NCBI RefSeq assembly: GCF_963921235.1
Contig: NC_086097.1
Coordinates: forward strand, 247,568,001-247,632,000
DNA length: 64,000 bases
Direction: 5' to 3'
Source of the DNA: Mobula hypostoma
Lineage: Eukaryota
Numbering within the stretch: position 1 is the first letter of the stretch; the number at the start of each line of letters is the position of its first letter. Shown here one piece after another: positions 23,257-35,621 of this stretch. Under the pieces are notes generated by a model that made no database searches, was not told the DNA's origin, and was given only the letters and a program-made list of their open reading frames with translations. Made by a program: the position numbers and the translations under genes.

Positions 23257-24135
23257 TACAGCACGGAAACAGGCCATGTCGGCCCTTCTAGTCCGTGCCA
23301 AACTCTTACTCTCACCTAGTCCCACCGACCTGCACTCAGCCCGTAACCCTCCATTCCTTTCCTGTCCATATATCTATCCAATTTAACTTTAAACTACAAC
23401 ATCAACTTGCCTCTACCACTTCTGCTGGAAGCTCATTCCACACAGCTACCACTCTCTGAGTAAAGAAGTTCCCCCTCATGTTACCCCTAAACTTTTGCCC
23501 CCTAACTCTCAACTCATGTCCTCTTGTTTGAATCTCCCTCACTCTCAATGGAAAAAGCCTATACATGTCAACTCTATCTATCCCCCTCATAATTTTAAAT
23601 ACCTCCATCAAGTCCCTCCTCAACCTTCTACGCTCCAAAGAATAAAGACCCAACTTGTTCAACCTTTCTCTGTAACTTAGGTGATGAAACCCAGGTAATA
23701 TTCTAGTAAATCTTCTCTGTACTCTCTCTATTTTGTTGACATCTTTCCTATAATTTGGTACACAATACTCTAAGTTTGCCTTTACCAATGCCTTGTATAA
23801 TTTTAACATTACATCCCAACTTCTATACTCAATGCTTTGATTTATAAAGGCCAGCATACCAAAAGCTTTCTTCACCACCCTATCCACATGAGATTCCACC
23901 TTCAGGGAACTATGCACCATTATTCACAGATCCCTCTGTTCTACTGCATTCTTCAATGCCCTACCATTTACCATGTATGTCCTATTTTGATTAGTCCTAC
24001 CAAAATGTAGCACCTCACATTTATCAGCATTAAACTCCATCTGCCATCTTTCAGCCCACTCTGCATAAATCTCTCTGCAAACTTTGAAAACCTACTTCAT
24101 TATCCACAACTCCACGTATCTTAGTATCATCTGTA
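23257..24135 (-). mobile_element. CR1 LINE 3' part
   Basis: ORF 23402-23920 CR1 RT C-terminus. Confidence 0.9.
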
Positions 24136-24872
24136 TCTTTAGGAGTGTTGGTTGTTAACACAGTCAACGCATTTCACTGCATGTTTCCATGCACGTGTGA
24201 TAAACTAATTAATTTGAATCTGAATAGTGTGCAGGAATAACACGTGCTTAAAGTAGATAGCATTATAAAACAAAATCTGTGAACGACATTCCTAATGAAT
24301 GAAATTTCATCTCTTATTAATTTGCCTATGCTCAGCTCAGACAGTTTCAGAGATTCTGAGAAAGTATTCAGTTTCCACAGTACAATTTTTTTAGCAGATA
24401 TTCTTTTGTTTCTGCATTGAATTTTGTTTTTTTTACAAGAATCACACTGTCAGTTTCTTGTCAATTTCTCTCTACTGAAATATCAATAGTGATAACATAA
24501 AATTAAAATATACTTGGTGAGCAAATCGCTTGTCTCACAATTACATCATGACCCATCTCTTGAGATAGCTGGTTAATTGGAAGCATGCAATTGAAAATGT
24601 AAACAGATGTCCCAGAATCTCAAATGAAACCAGAAATGAAATAGCCCAAATGGTGAAAGGGCAGAAGTAAAATTGCCGACGGTGTCCTTGAACTGACTGT
24701 GTTAACTGGATGTTCAGAAATAGGGTCAGGGCAATTGTGCAATTTACCGGCTGAAAAACTTCTACAATTGGGTTTTTTCAGAGCTCTGAGAATTTAGCAC
24801 AGACATTATATCTTGAAGTTATTCCCCTCTGCTCTTTGCTATGCTGTAACCGAAATTTAGCAATGTGTATTA

Positions 24873-25585
24873 GCCATACGGCACTACAGCACAGAAACAG
24901 GCTCTTCGGCCCATCTAGTCCATGCTGAACTACTATCAATCTGCCTAGTCCTGTCAACTTGCACCCGGACCATACCCATCCCATCTATGTACCTTTCCAA
25001 ATGTCTCTTTAATATTGAAATTGAACCTGCATGCATCACTCATTCCACACTCTCACCACACTCTGAATGAAGAAGTTTCCTGTCATGTTCCCCTTAAATA
25101 TTATACTTTTAACCCTTAACCTATGACCTCTAGTTGTTGTCCCACCCAACCCCAGTGGAACAAAGCCTGGTTACATTTACCCGATCTATACCACTCATAA
25201 TTTTGCATAGCATTATTAAATCTCCCCTCAATCTTCTACTCTCCAGGGAATTAAGTCACCAATATTTAAGAGCAGAGGTTCCCTTGCTTACTGGCATGAT
25301 GCAAGCAGGCTTTCTTCCACTGAGGTTGTGTCGGACTACAACCAGAGGCCATGGGTTAGGGGAGAAAGATGAAAAGTTTACCGGAAACATAAGGGGAAAC
25401 TTCTTCACTCAGGGTCGTGAGAGTGTGGAACGAGCTGCCACCACAAGTGATGCATTGTGAGCTCCATTTCGACATTTAAGAGAAGTTTGGATGGAGACAT
25501 GGAAGGCAGGGCTTTAAATGTTTCAGTATGGACTAGATGGGCCAAAGGGCCTGTTTCTGTGCTGTACTTTTCTACGATTCTATGA
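24873..25585. mobile_element. Two degenerate CR1 3' fragments in opposite orientation (~24873-25255 minus, ~25290-25585 plus)
   Basis: TRGHG/GNFFTQ peptides and CR1 3'UTR motifs. Confidence 0.75.
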
Positions 25586-25989
25586 CTCCATGGCGCGAAA
25601 ATGTTGTGAAACTGCTTAAGGAAAACAAATAAAAAATTATTTTTTATATTTTGATCACAACTTCTTAGCAATAGGTCCTAACATATTTGACCTTACCTTA
25701 TGACTCAGGTCTTCAAAACTCAGTAATATCCTTGCAAATTTTCTTTGCACTCTTTCTAATCTAGATCTCTCTTTCACACAGACAGTATGAATGGATTTAC
25801 AGAAACGTTATACCGCTTAATTTTTCAATAAACACAATCAGTCATGAAAGACAATGGTTAGATGGGATTTGAATATTGATTCCTATCAAAGAGATTGATA
25901 AGTATTTGCATACAATTATATTACATTTCCGCACGATTATAAACACACGTAAATGATGTGCCATTGATGAGAAGTTTTCCTGTACTGAC

Positions 25990-26081
25990 CTGAGCCCCGA
26001 CTGTGAAGGAAGGATGTGAATGACTAGGCTGGTGTTGCTCAGGTGTGCAGGGCTCCGAGTGTGTCGTGTTTCCTCTGGTCC
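25990..26081 (-). other. Possible host-gene exon (92 bp)
   Basis: Apparently non-repeat island with TTTCTGTTTGAGTTGCAG acceptor and CAG|GTCAGT donor; two frames open; product not recognised. Confidence 0.3.
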
Positions 26082-26137
26082 CTGCAACTCAAACAGAAAC
26101 TCCATTAAGTTCAAGTTCAACTTCAAGTTGAAGCCCG

Positions 26138-27310
26138 TAAGACCATAAGACCATTGGAACTGAACCAGGCCATTCAGCCCATCAAGTCTGCTCTGCCTTT
26201 TCATCATGGCTGATCCATTTTCCTGCTCAGCCCCAATCTCCTGCCTTCTCCCTGTATAAGACCATAAGACCGTAAGACATAGGAACAGAATTAGGCCATT
26301 CAGCCCATCGAGTCTGCTCTGCCATTCCATCATGGCTGATCCCAGATCCCACTCAACCCTGTACACCTGCCTTCTCGCTATATCCTTTGATGCCCTGACC
26401 GGTCAGGAAACTATCTCCTTCCACCTTAAATATACCTATGGACTTGGTCTCTACTGCAGTCTATGGCAGAGCATTCCACAGATTTACTACTCTCTGGTTA
26501 AAAAGAATTCCTCCTTAAATATGTTCTAAAAGGTAGCCCCTCAATTTTGAAGTTGTGCCCTCTAGTTCTGGATACCCCCGCCGGAGGAAAAATCCTCTCC
26601 ACATCCACGCTATCTAGCCCTTTCAACGTTCGGTAGGTTTCAAGTTTCAATGACATCCCCCTGCATTCTTCTAAATTCCAGCAAGTACAGGCCAAAACCT
26701 ACCAAATGCTCCTCATACATTAACCCCTTCATTCCTGGGATCATCCTCGTGAACCTCCTCTGGACTCTCTCCAATGACAACACATCCTTTCTGAGATATA
26801 TGGCCCAAAACTGTTGACAATATTCCAAGTGTGGCCTGACTAGTGTCTCATAAAGGCTCAGCATTATCTCCTTGTTTTTATACACTATTCCCCTTGAAAT
26901 AAATGTCAATATTGCATTTGCCTTCTTTGGACAGACTCAACCTGTAAATTAACCTTCTGGGAGTCTTGCACGAAGACTCCTAAGTTCCTCTGCACCACTG
27001 ATGTTTGAATCTTCTCCCCATTTAGGTAATATTCTGCAATATTGTTCCTTTCAGCAAAATGATTTATCATACATTTCCCAACACTGTATTCCATCTGCCA
27101 CTTTTTTGTACATTCTTCAAATTTGTCTAAGTCCTGCTGCAATTGCACTGCTTCCTCAGCACTACCTACCCTTTCACCTATCTTTGTATCATCCACAAAC
27201 TTTGCCACGTCATAAATTCCATTGTCCAAATTATTGAGAAACAATGTGAAAAGTAGCATTCATAGTACTGACCCCTGAGGAACATCACTAGTCACCGGCA
27301 GCCAACCAGA
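26138..27310 (-). mobile_element. Degenerate CR1 with a second CR1 3' end in tandem at its tail (26138-26256)
   Basis: ORFs 26498-27259 are RT C-terminal fragments; two (GGTCTTAT)n tails. Confidence 0.85.
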
Positions 27311-27679
27311 AAACATAGAACATAGAACATAGAATAGTACAGCACAGTACAGGCCCTTCGGCCCACAATGTTGTGCCGACCCTCAAACCCTACCTCCCAT
27401 ATAAGCCACCACCTTAAATTCCTCCATATACCTGTCTAGTAGTCTCTTAAACTTCACTAGTGTATCTGCCTCCACCACTGACTCAGGCAGTGCATTCCAC
27501 GCACCAACCACTCTCTGAGTAAAAAACCTTCCTCTAATATCCCCCTTGAACTTCCCACCCCTTACCTTAAAGCCATGTCCTCTTGTATTGAGCAGTGGTG
27601 CCCTGGGGAAGAGGCGCTGGCTATCCATTCTATCTATTCCTCTTATTATCTTGTACACCTCTATCATGTCTCCTCTCAT

Positions 27680-28843
27680 CATAGAAACCATAGAAACCAT
27701 AGAAACTACAGCACAGAAACAGGCCTTTTGGCCCTTCTTGGCTGTGCCGAACCATTTTCTGCCTAGTCCCACTGACCTGCACACGGACCATATCCCTCCA
27801 TACACCTCCCATCCATGTATCTGTCCAATTTATTCTTAAATGTTAAAAAAGAACCCGCATTTACCTCCTCGTCTGGCAGCTCATTCCATACTCCCACCAC
27901 TCTCTGTGTGAAGAAGCCCCCACTAATGTTCCCTTTAAACTTTTCCCCCCTCACCCTAAACCCATGTCCTCTTGTTTTTTTCTCCCCTTGCCTCAGTGGA
28001 AAAAGCCTGCTTGCATTCACTCTATCTATACCCATCATAATTTTATATACCTCTATCAAATCTCCCCTCATTCTTCTACGCTCCAGGGAATAAAGTCCCA
28101 ACCTATTCAACCTTTCTCTGTAACTGAGTTTCTCAAGTCCCGTCAACATCCTTGTAAACCTTCTCTGCACTCTTTCAACCTTATTTATATCCTTCCTGTA
28201 ATTTGGTGACCAAAACTGAACACAATACTCCAGATTCGGCCTCACCAATGCCTTATACAACCTCATCATAACATTCCAGCTCTTACACTCAATACTTTGA
28301 TTAATAAAGGCCAAAGTACCAAAAGCTCTCTTTACGACCCTATCTACCTGTGACGCCACTTTTAGGGAATTTTGTATCTGTATTCCCAAATCCCTCTGTT
28401 CCACTACACTCCTCAGTGCCTCATCATTGACCCTGTATGTTCTACGTTGGTTTGTCCTTCCAACGTGCAATACCTCACACTTGTCAGTATTACACTCCAT
28501 CTGCTATTGTTTAGCCCATTTTTCCAGCTGGTCCAAGTCCCTCTGCAGGCTCTGAAAACCTTCCTCACTGTCTACTACACCTCCAATCTTTGTATCATCA
28601 GCAAACTTCCTGATCCAATTTACCACATTATCATCCAGATCATTGATATAGATGACAAATAACAATGGACCCAGCACTGATCCCTGTGGCACACCACTAG
28701 TCACAGGCCTCCACTCAGAGAAGCAATTCTCTACCACTACTCTCTGGCTTCTTCCATCAAGCCAATGTCTAATCCAATTTACCACCTCTCCATGTATACC
28801 TAGCGACTGAATTTTCCTAACTAACCTCCCATGCGGGACCTTG
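27680..28843 (-). mobile_element. CR1 LINE family A, 5'-truncated, one in-frame stop (~28504)
   Basis: ORFs 27763-28500 and 28504-28785; (GGTTTCTAT)n tail. Confidence 0.93.
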
Positions 28844-28845
28844 TC

Positions 28846-30743
28846 CTCCTTCTCTCCAAAGAGTAAAGCCCTAGCTCCCTTAATCTCTGATCATAATGCA
28901 TACTTTCTAAACCAGGCAGCATCCTGGTAAATCTCCTCTGTACCCTTTCCAATGCTTCCACATCCTTCCTATAGTGAGGTGACCAGAACTGGACACAGTA
29001 CTCCAAGTGTGGCCTAACCAGAGTTTTATAGAGCTGCATCATTACATCGCGACTCTTAAACTCTATCCCTTGATTTATGAAAGCTAACACCCCATAAGCT
29101 TTCTTAACTACTCTATCCACCTGTGAGGCAACTTTTAGGGATCTGTGGACATGTACCCCGAGATCCCTTTGCTCTTCCACACTACCAAGTATCCTGCCAT
29201 TTACTTTGTACTCTGCCTTGGAGTTTGTCCTTCCAAAGTGTACATCCTCACACTTCTCCGGGTTGAACTCCATCTGCCATTTCTCAGCCCACTTCTGCAT
29301 CCTATCAATGTCTCTCTGCGATCTTTGACAATCCTCTACACTATCTACAACACCACCAACCTTTGTGTCGTCTGCAAACTTGCCAACCCACCCTTCTACC
29401 CCCACATCCAGGTCGTTAATAAAAATCACGAAAAGTAGAGGTCCCAGAACAGATCCTTGTGGGACACCACTAGTCACAATCCTCCAATCTGAATGTACTC
29501 CCTCCACCACCACCTTCTGCCTTCTGCAGGCAAGCCAATTCTGAATCCACCTGGCCAAACTTCCCTGAATCCCATGCCTTCTAACTTTCTGAATAAGCCT
29601 ACCACGTGGAACCTTGTCAAATGCCTTACTAAAATCCATATAGATCACATCCACTGCACTACCCTCATCTATATGCCTGGTCACCTCCTCAAAGAACTCT
29701 ATCAGGCTTGTTAGACACGATCTGCCCTTCACAAAGCCATGCTGACAGTCCCTGATCAGACCATGATTCTCTAAATGCCTATAGATCCTATCTCTAAGAA
29801 TCTTTTCCAATAGCTTTCCCACCACAGACGAAGGGCTCACTGGTCTATAATTACCCGGACTATCCTTCCTACCTTTTTTGAACAAGGGGACAACATTTGC
29901 CTCCCTCCAATCCTCCGGTACCATTCCCGTGGACAACAAGGACATAAAGATCCTAGCCAGAGGCTCAGCAATCTCTTCTCTCGCCTCGTGGAGCAGCCTG
30001 GGGAATATTCCATCAGGCCCCCGGGACTTATCTGTCCTAATGTATTTTAACAACTCCAACACCTCCTCTCCCTTAATATCAACATGCTCCAGAACATCAA
30101 CCTCACTCATATCATCCTCACCATCATCAAGTTCCCTCTCATTGGTGAATACCGAAGGGAAGTATTCATTGAGGGCCTCGCTCACTTCCACAGCCTCCAG
30201 GCACATCTTCCCACCTTTATCTCTAATCAGTCCTACCTTCACTCCTGTCATCCTTTTTTTCTTCACATAATTGAAGAATGCCTTGGGGTTTTCCTTTACC
30301 CTACTCATCAAGGCCTTCTCATGCCCCCTTCTTGCTCTTCTCAGCCCCTTCTTAAGCTCCTTTCTTGCTTCCCTATATTCCTCAATAGACCCATCTGATT
30401 CTTGCTTCCTAAACCTCATGTATGCTGCCTTCTTCCACCTGACTAGATTTTCCACCTCACTTGTCACCCATGGTTCCTTCACCCTACCATTCTTTATCTT
30501 CCTCACCGGGACAAGTTTATCCCTAACATCCCGCAAGAGATCTCTAAACATCGACCACATGTCCATAGTACATTTCCCTGCAAAAACATCATCCCAATTC
30601 ACACCCGCAAGTTCTAGCCTTATAGCCTCATAATCTGCCTTTCCCCAATTAAAAATTTTCCTGTCCTCTCTGATTCTATCCTTTTCCATGATAATGCTAA
30701 AGGCCAGGGAGCGGTGGTCACTGTCCCCCAGATGCTCACCCAT
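28846..30743 (-). CDS. CR1 ORF2 (endonuclease C-terminus plus RT), long open frame truncated by insertion
   Basis: GDSDH, GPDG, NYRPVS, QHGF, DFSKAFD, GVPQGSVLGP, FADD. Confidence 0.88.
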
Positions 30744-31534
30744 TGAGAGATCTGTGACCTGACCCAGTTCATTACCTAGTACTAGATCTAGAGGGAAGAC
30801 TTTCCAGGTGCAGACCCAGGGTCTCTCAAGACTAACAGGTGCCCTTTTTTTATTTACCCTTTCTATACCCCTCCATAATTGTGTTTACCTCTATCGAATC
30901 TCCTCCCAATCTTCTACATTCGAAGGAATAAGGTTCTACTGGGATCCACTGCAGATCTACTGGGCTAAATGGTCTCTTCCGCTGCCATAAAAATTCCCTA
31001 ACTATTGTTGGTAGAATATCAGGTGGTGATGAGGAGGTTACAGTCATGAGGCAGATCAGCTGGTTGATTAGTGTTGCAATAGTAATCCTGCACTCAGTGT
31101 AAAATTAGTCAGCTCTATCTTGGGTACTAGACTCCATAATATCCAAGACATCTTCAAGGACGGATGCCGCAGAAAGGCGGCACCCATTATTGAGGATCCC
31201 CACCATCCAGGTCATGCCCTCTTCTCATTGTTACCATCAGGAAGGAGGTACAGGAGCCTGAAGGCACACACTCAGTATTCAGGAACAGCTTCTTCCCCTC
31301 TACCATCTGATAATGGATATTGAACTCATGAAAACTACCTGAATACATTTTATTTGTTTTTACATTACTTAATTAATTGAACTATTTAATATTCATATAT
31401 ACTTACCGTAATTTAAAGTTTAAAAAAAAATATATTATCATGTATTGCATTGGACTGCTGCTGCGAAGTTAACAAATTTCATGACACATGCCGGTGATAT
31501 TAAAGCTGGTTCTGATTCTCATTTCCCTGAACAA

Positions 31535-32062
31535 GGATGCTGACATGTCAGTCCACGGCTTCCTCTACTGCCGCGATGAGGCCACGCTCAGGATGGAGAA
31601 GCAACACCTTATCTTCCGTCTGGGTAGCCTCCAACCTGATGGCATAAGCATCGATTTCTCGAACTTCCGGTAATTCCGTCCCCTCCCCCCCACCATTCCC
31701 CATTCCCGTTTTCCTCTCTCATCTTATCTCCTACCTGCCCAATCACTTCCCTCTGGTGCTCCTCCCTTCCCTTTCTTCCATGGCCTTCTGTTCTCTCCTG
31801 TCAGATTCCCCCTTCAGCCCTGTATCTCCTTCACCAATCGACTTCCCAATTCTTTACTTCACCCCTCCCTCCCCTCCCGGTTTCACCTATCACCTACCAC
31901 CTTGTACTTCCTGTTCCCCTCCCCCCACCTTCTTACTCTAACTCCTCATCTTTTTCTCCCATCCTGATGACGGGTCTTGGCCCAAAATGTCGACTGTTTA
32001 CTCTTTTCCACAGATGCTGCCTGGCCTGCTGAGTTCCAGCACCTGCAGATTTTCTCTTGTTT
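31535..32062 (+). mobile_element. Penelope-like 3' end with decayed hammerhead (31960-31996)
   Basis: DMSVHGFLYCRDEATLR..DFSNFR; CTGATGA CGGGTCTTGGCCC AAAA TGTC GACT. Confidence 0.85.
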
Positions 32063-32559
32063 TCGAGGATCCTGACCCGCTGCCTTAGTAGGTATGCCAC
32101 TAGAATCAGCCTTTTCAATTTAAGGAACATTCAGGTTTTAAATTAAGGCTATCACGTAGATTTAAAAATTCTGTTGTTATTATTTGAAAACCAGCGGTTA
32201 GAAAATGCAAGGCAAACTTTATCACTTTATCTTCAAGATATAACGTTATCTTCTTTTAAATCATCAATATCCTCCTGATATAGTACAGTAACAAGCTAAT
32301 TTCAAATTGACAGAAACTGTTTAGTGAGTCGTGAGTCGTGAGAGAGGTGTAAATGATTCAACAGTTGAGCCTGTTCTGGTATTTAGTTCCATTCGGACTA
32401 ATCTATATTTGGAGTCCATTAGCATTGGCAAGTCAACAGTCCATTAATTACATCGTAGTGGAAGACAGACTATCAGATATCCACTATCCTCTGTGTGAAA
32501 ATGTGTTTCCTAACACAAATTGCCTACTCTTAATCTTAAAATCGTGATTGCTCCAGATT

Positions 32560-34310
32560 CCACTCAAGGAGATTTACCAGGGTGTTGCCTGGATTGGAAA
32601 ACAAGTCTTATGAGGCAAGGTTAACAGAGCTGGGACTTTTCTCTTTGGAGCATAGGAGGATGAGAGGGGACTTGATAGAGGTCTACAAGATTATGAGAGG
32701 CATAGATAGGGTGGATAGCTAGTACCTGTTTCCCAGGGCATGAATAGCAAACACCAGAGGGCATATGTACAAAGTTAAGGGAGAGAAGTTTAGGGGAGAC
32801 ATCAAGAGTAAGTTTTTTTTACACAGAGGGTTGTGGGTGCCTGGAATGACTTGCCAGGGATGGTGGTGGAGGGTAAAACATTAGGGGTATTTAAGAGCCT
32901 CTTGGACAGGCGCATGGATGAAAGAAAATTAGAGGGTTACGGGGTAGTGTGGGTTTAGTACGTTTTTTAGGAATATATGGGTTAGCATAACAGTGAGGGC
33001 CGAAGGGCCTGTACTGTGCTGTGGTGTTCTCGTGTTCTAGTGGAAGGAGTGTCTCAGAGGCTAGAATATTCAATCTCTTTAAGATCTGAGGATCCATATT
33101 GGTCAAACTGCAAGTGAGAGCAGTTTTGCAGCCCCTGATCAAAGAGGTGTTGGCATTGGAGAGGGTCCAGAGGAGGATTACCAAAATGAAAGGGTTAATG
33201 TATGAAGAGCACTTGAGGGCTCTGAGCTGGAGATCAGAAGAATGATGGGGGAGTCTCACTGAAACCTTTCGACTGTTGAAAGAACATTATAGATAGACAT
33301 GAACTGCAGATAGATAGAATTTCGCGAAAGTGAATGTGGAGAGGTTGTCTCCTGTACTGGGGATTCGAGGGTCAGAGGACACAGCCTCAAAATAAAGGGT
33401 CATTCCTTTAGAACATAGATGAGGAGGAATTTCTTTAGCCAGAAGGAGGTGAATCTATGGAATTCATTGCCACAGACAGCTGCAGAGACCGTCATTGTGT
33501 ACATTTAAAGCAAAGGTTGGGAGGTTATTGATTAGTTAGGGGGTTAAAGGTTATGTGGAGAAGGTAAGAAAATGGCGTTGAGAGGGAAGGATAATAAATC
33601 AGCCATGTTAAAATGGTGGAGAAGATTAGATGGGCTAAATGGCTGAATTATGCTCTTACATCTTATGGTCCTATTAATATTGGATTATTGCATGCAGTTC
33701 TGGACACCTATCAACAGGAAAGATCATTACGATTGAAAGAGTATAGGGAAAATTTATAGGGGTTTTGTCAGGACTTGACTTGATGAATGGTCTCGGCCCA
33801 AAACGTGGACTATTTATTTCCATCCATAGATGCTACCTGACCTGCTGAGCTCCTCCAGCACATTGTGTGCACTTCTCAATACTTTCAGTACCTCTTGTGT
33901 CCAGATTAGGACTTCATTCCCTGGAGTCTAGGAGAATGAGGGAATATTTGGTAGCGTTACAGTATACAAAATGATGATGGTTACAGACGGGGTAGATACG
34001 TGCAGGTTTTTTCCACTGAGGTTGGGTGAGACTACAGCTGGAGGTCAGGGGCTAAAGGAGAAAGATGAAATACACTGTATAATGGACTCCGATGGGGATA
34101 TTCTTCACGCAGTGTGGTGCGAGTGTAGCAGCCAGCGGAAGTGGTGGATGTGAATTCGATTTCGACAGTTAAGGTACTTTGGATAATTATATGGATGGGA
34201 GAGGTATGAGGGTTATGGTCCAAGTATGGGTCGATGGAACTAGACAGCGTAACAGGTCGGTGTGGGCTAGATGGGCTGAAGGGCCTGTTTCTTTGCTGTA
34301 CTGCTATATG
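32560..34310 (+). mobile_element. Cluster of degenerate CR1 3' fragments with a short PLE/hammerhead module at ~33780-33900
   Basis: CR1 C-terminal peptides and 3' tails at ~33030, ~33665, ~34305. Confidence 0.75.
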
Positions 34311-35621
34311 ACTCAATGTTTTGTTAGTTTTGTCCATATTGCTAGACAGAAAGCACTGACCTCTGAACCTGGTATCATCCACTGTGTTCTCATGCAAAAC
34401 GCTTTGCAGCAGAAGCACTAACCCATAAAATTTATCCCATATCCTGCAATGCTGTAGCTGATCAGCACTAAATCTCTTTCATGGTTGGTTTTACTTCCCA
34501 TTTCTTTCCCGAAAACATGGTAAATAAAATATAAGGAGGGGATTTCTGTGAAAGTTGTACCTTTCTGAAATATGAATAAAGTACACACGCTCAATGTTTT
34601 AAACACACATAACAAGATCAGCAATTCAAATGAAATACATTAAATATGGATATTAATTCCTAAATAAGTTGCAAGGATGGATTCCAGCAGTAAACAAATT
34701 GCCCTGTATGAGACCATAAGGCGCAGAAGAAGAATTTGACATTTCAGCCCGTCAAGTCTGCTCCGACATTCGATCATAGCTGATGTAAAAATTAAGAGTT
34801 AGGTTTAGTTGTCACAAGTACAAAGGAATGAGGATTGTGCTGGGCAGCCTGCAAGTATTGCCACACCTCCGGCACCAACACAGCACGTCTCTCAACCCCG
34901 TTCTCCTCACTTCCTTCTGTAACGTCGATCCCTTTACTGATCAAGAACATATCCACTTCCGCTGTAAATACACCCAATCTGTCAGTGTTCACAGCCATCT
35001 GTGGCAATGAATTCCACAGACTTACCACTTATGGCTAAAGAAATTCCTCCTCATCTCGGTTCTAAAGTGACGTTCTTATATTCTAATGCTGTGTCCTCTG
35101 GTCCTAGAATCTCCCACTATTGGAAGCATCCTCTCCATGTTCACTCTAAGTAGCAATTTCAATATTCCATAGGTCTTAGTGAGACACCCATCATCCTTCT
35201 AAACTTCTAAGTGTAAAGAGTGCATCATATGAGGCCTCACTTGGAGAATTGTGAGTACTTCTGGGGCCCTTATCTCAGAAAGAATATGCTGACACTGGAG
35301 GAGGTCCAAAGGTAGTTCACTAGACTGATCCAGGGAATAAAAGGGTTAATGTATGAGGAGCGTTTGATGGCTCTGGGCCTGTTTTCACTGGAATTCAGAA
35401 CAAGGGAGAGGATCTCATTCAAACCTATCAAATCTTGAAAGATCTTTATAGAGTGGTTGCGGAGAGGATGTTTCCTACGGTGGAGGAGTCTTGGACCAGA
35501 GTGCACGGACTCAGGATAGAGAGGCATCTATTAGAAAAGAGATGAGGAGGATTTCCTTTAGCCAGAGAGTGGTGAGTCTGTGGAATTCATTGCTACAGGC
35601 GGCCAAGTCAATGGGTAAATT

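Larger units (their letters stand above)
27313..30790 (-). mobile_element. CR1 LINE (5'-truncated in the endonuclease), split by a younger CR1 at 27680-28843
   Basis: 640-aa ORF 28821-30743 (LGDSDH, RT motifs) rejoins the 3' piece 27313-27679 at ERRR|MRGDMIE. Confidence 0.92.

Noticed and set aside
29145..30633. Antisense ORFs over CR1/PLE copies (also 36107-37690 and most short ORFs in the track)
   Set aside because: Shadow frames of transposon coding sequence, or chance ORFs with no recognisable domains.
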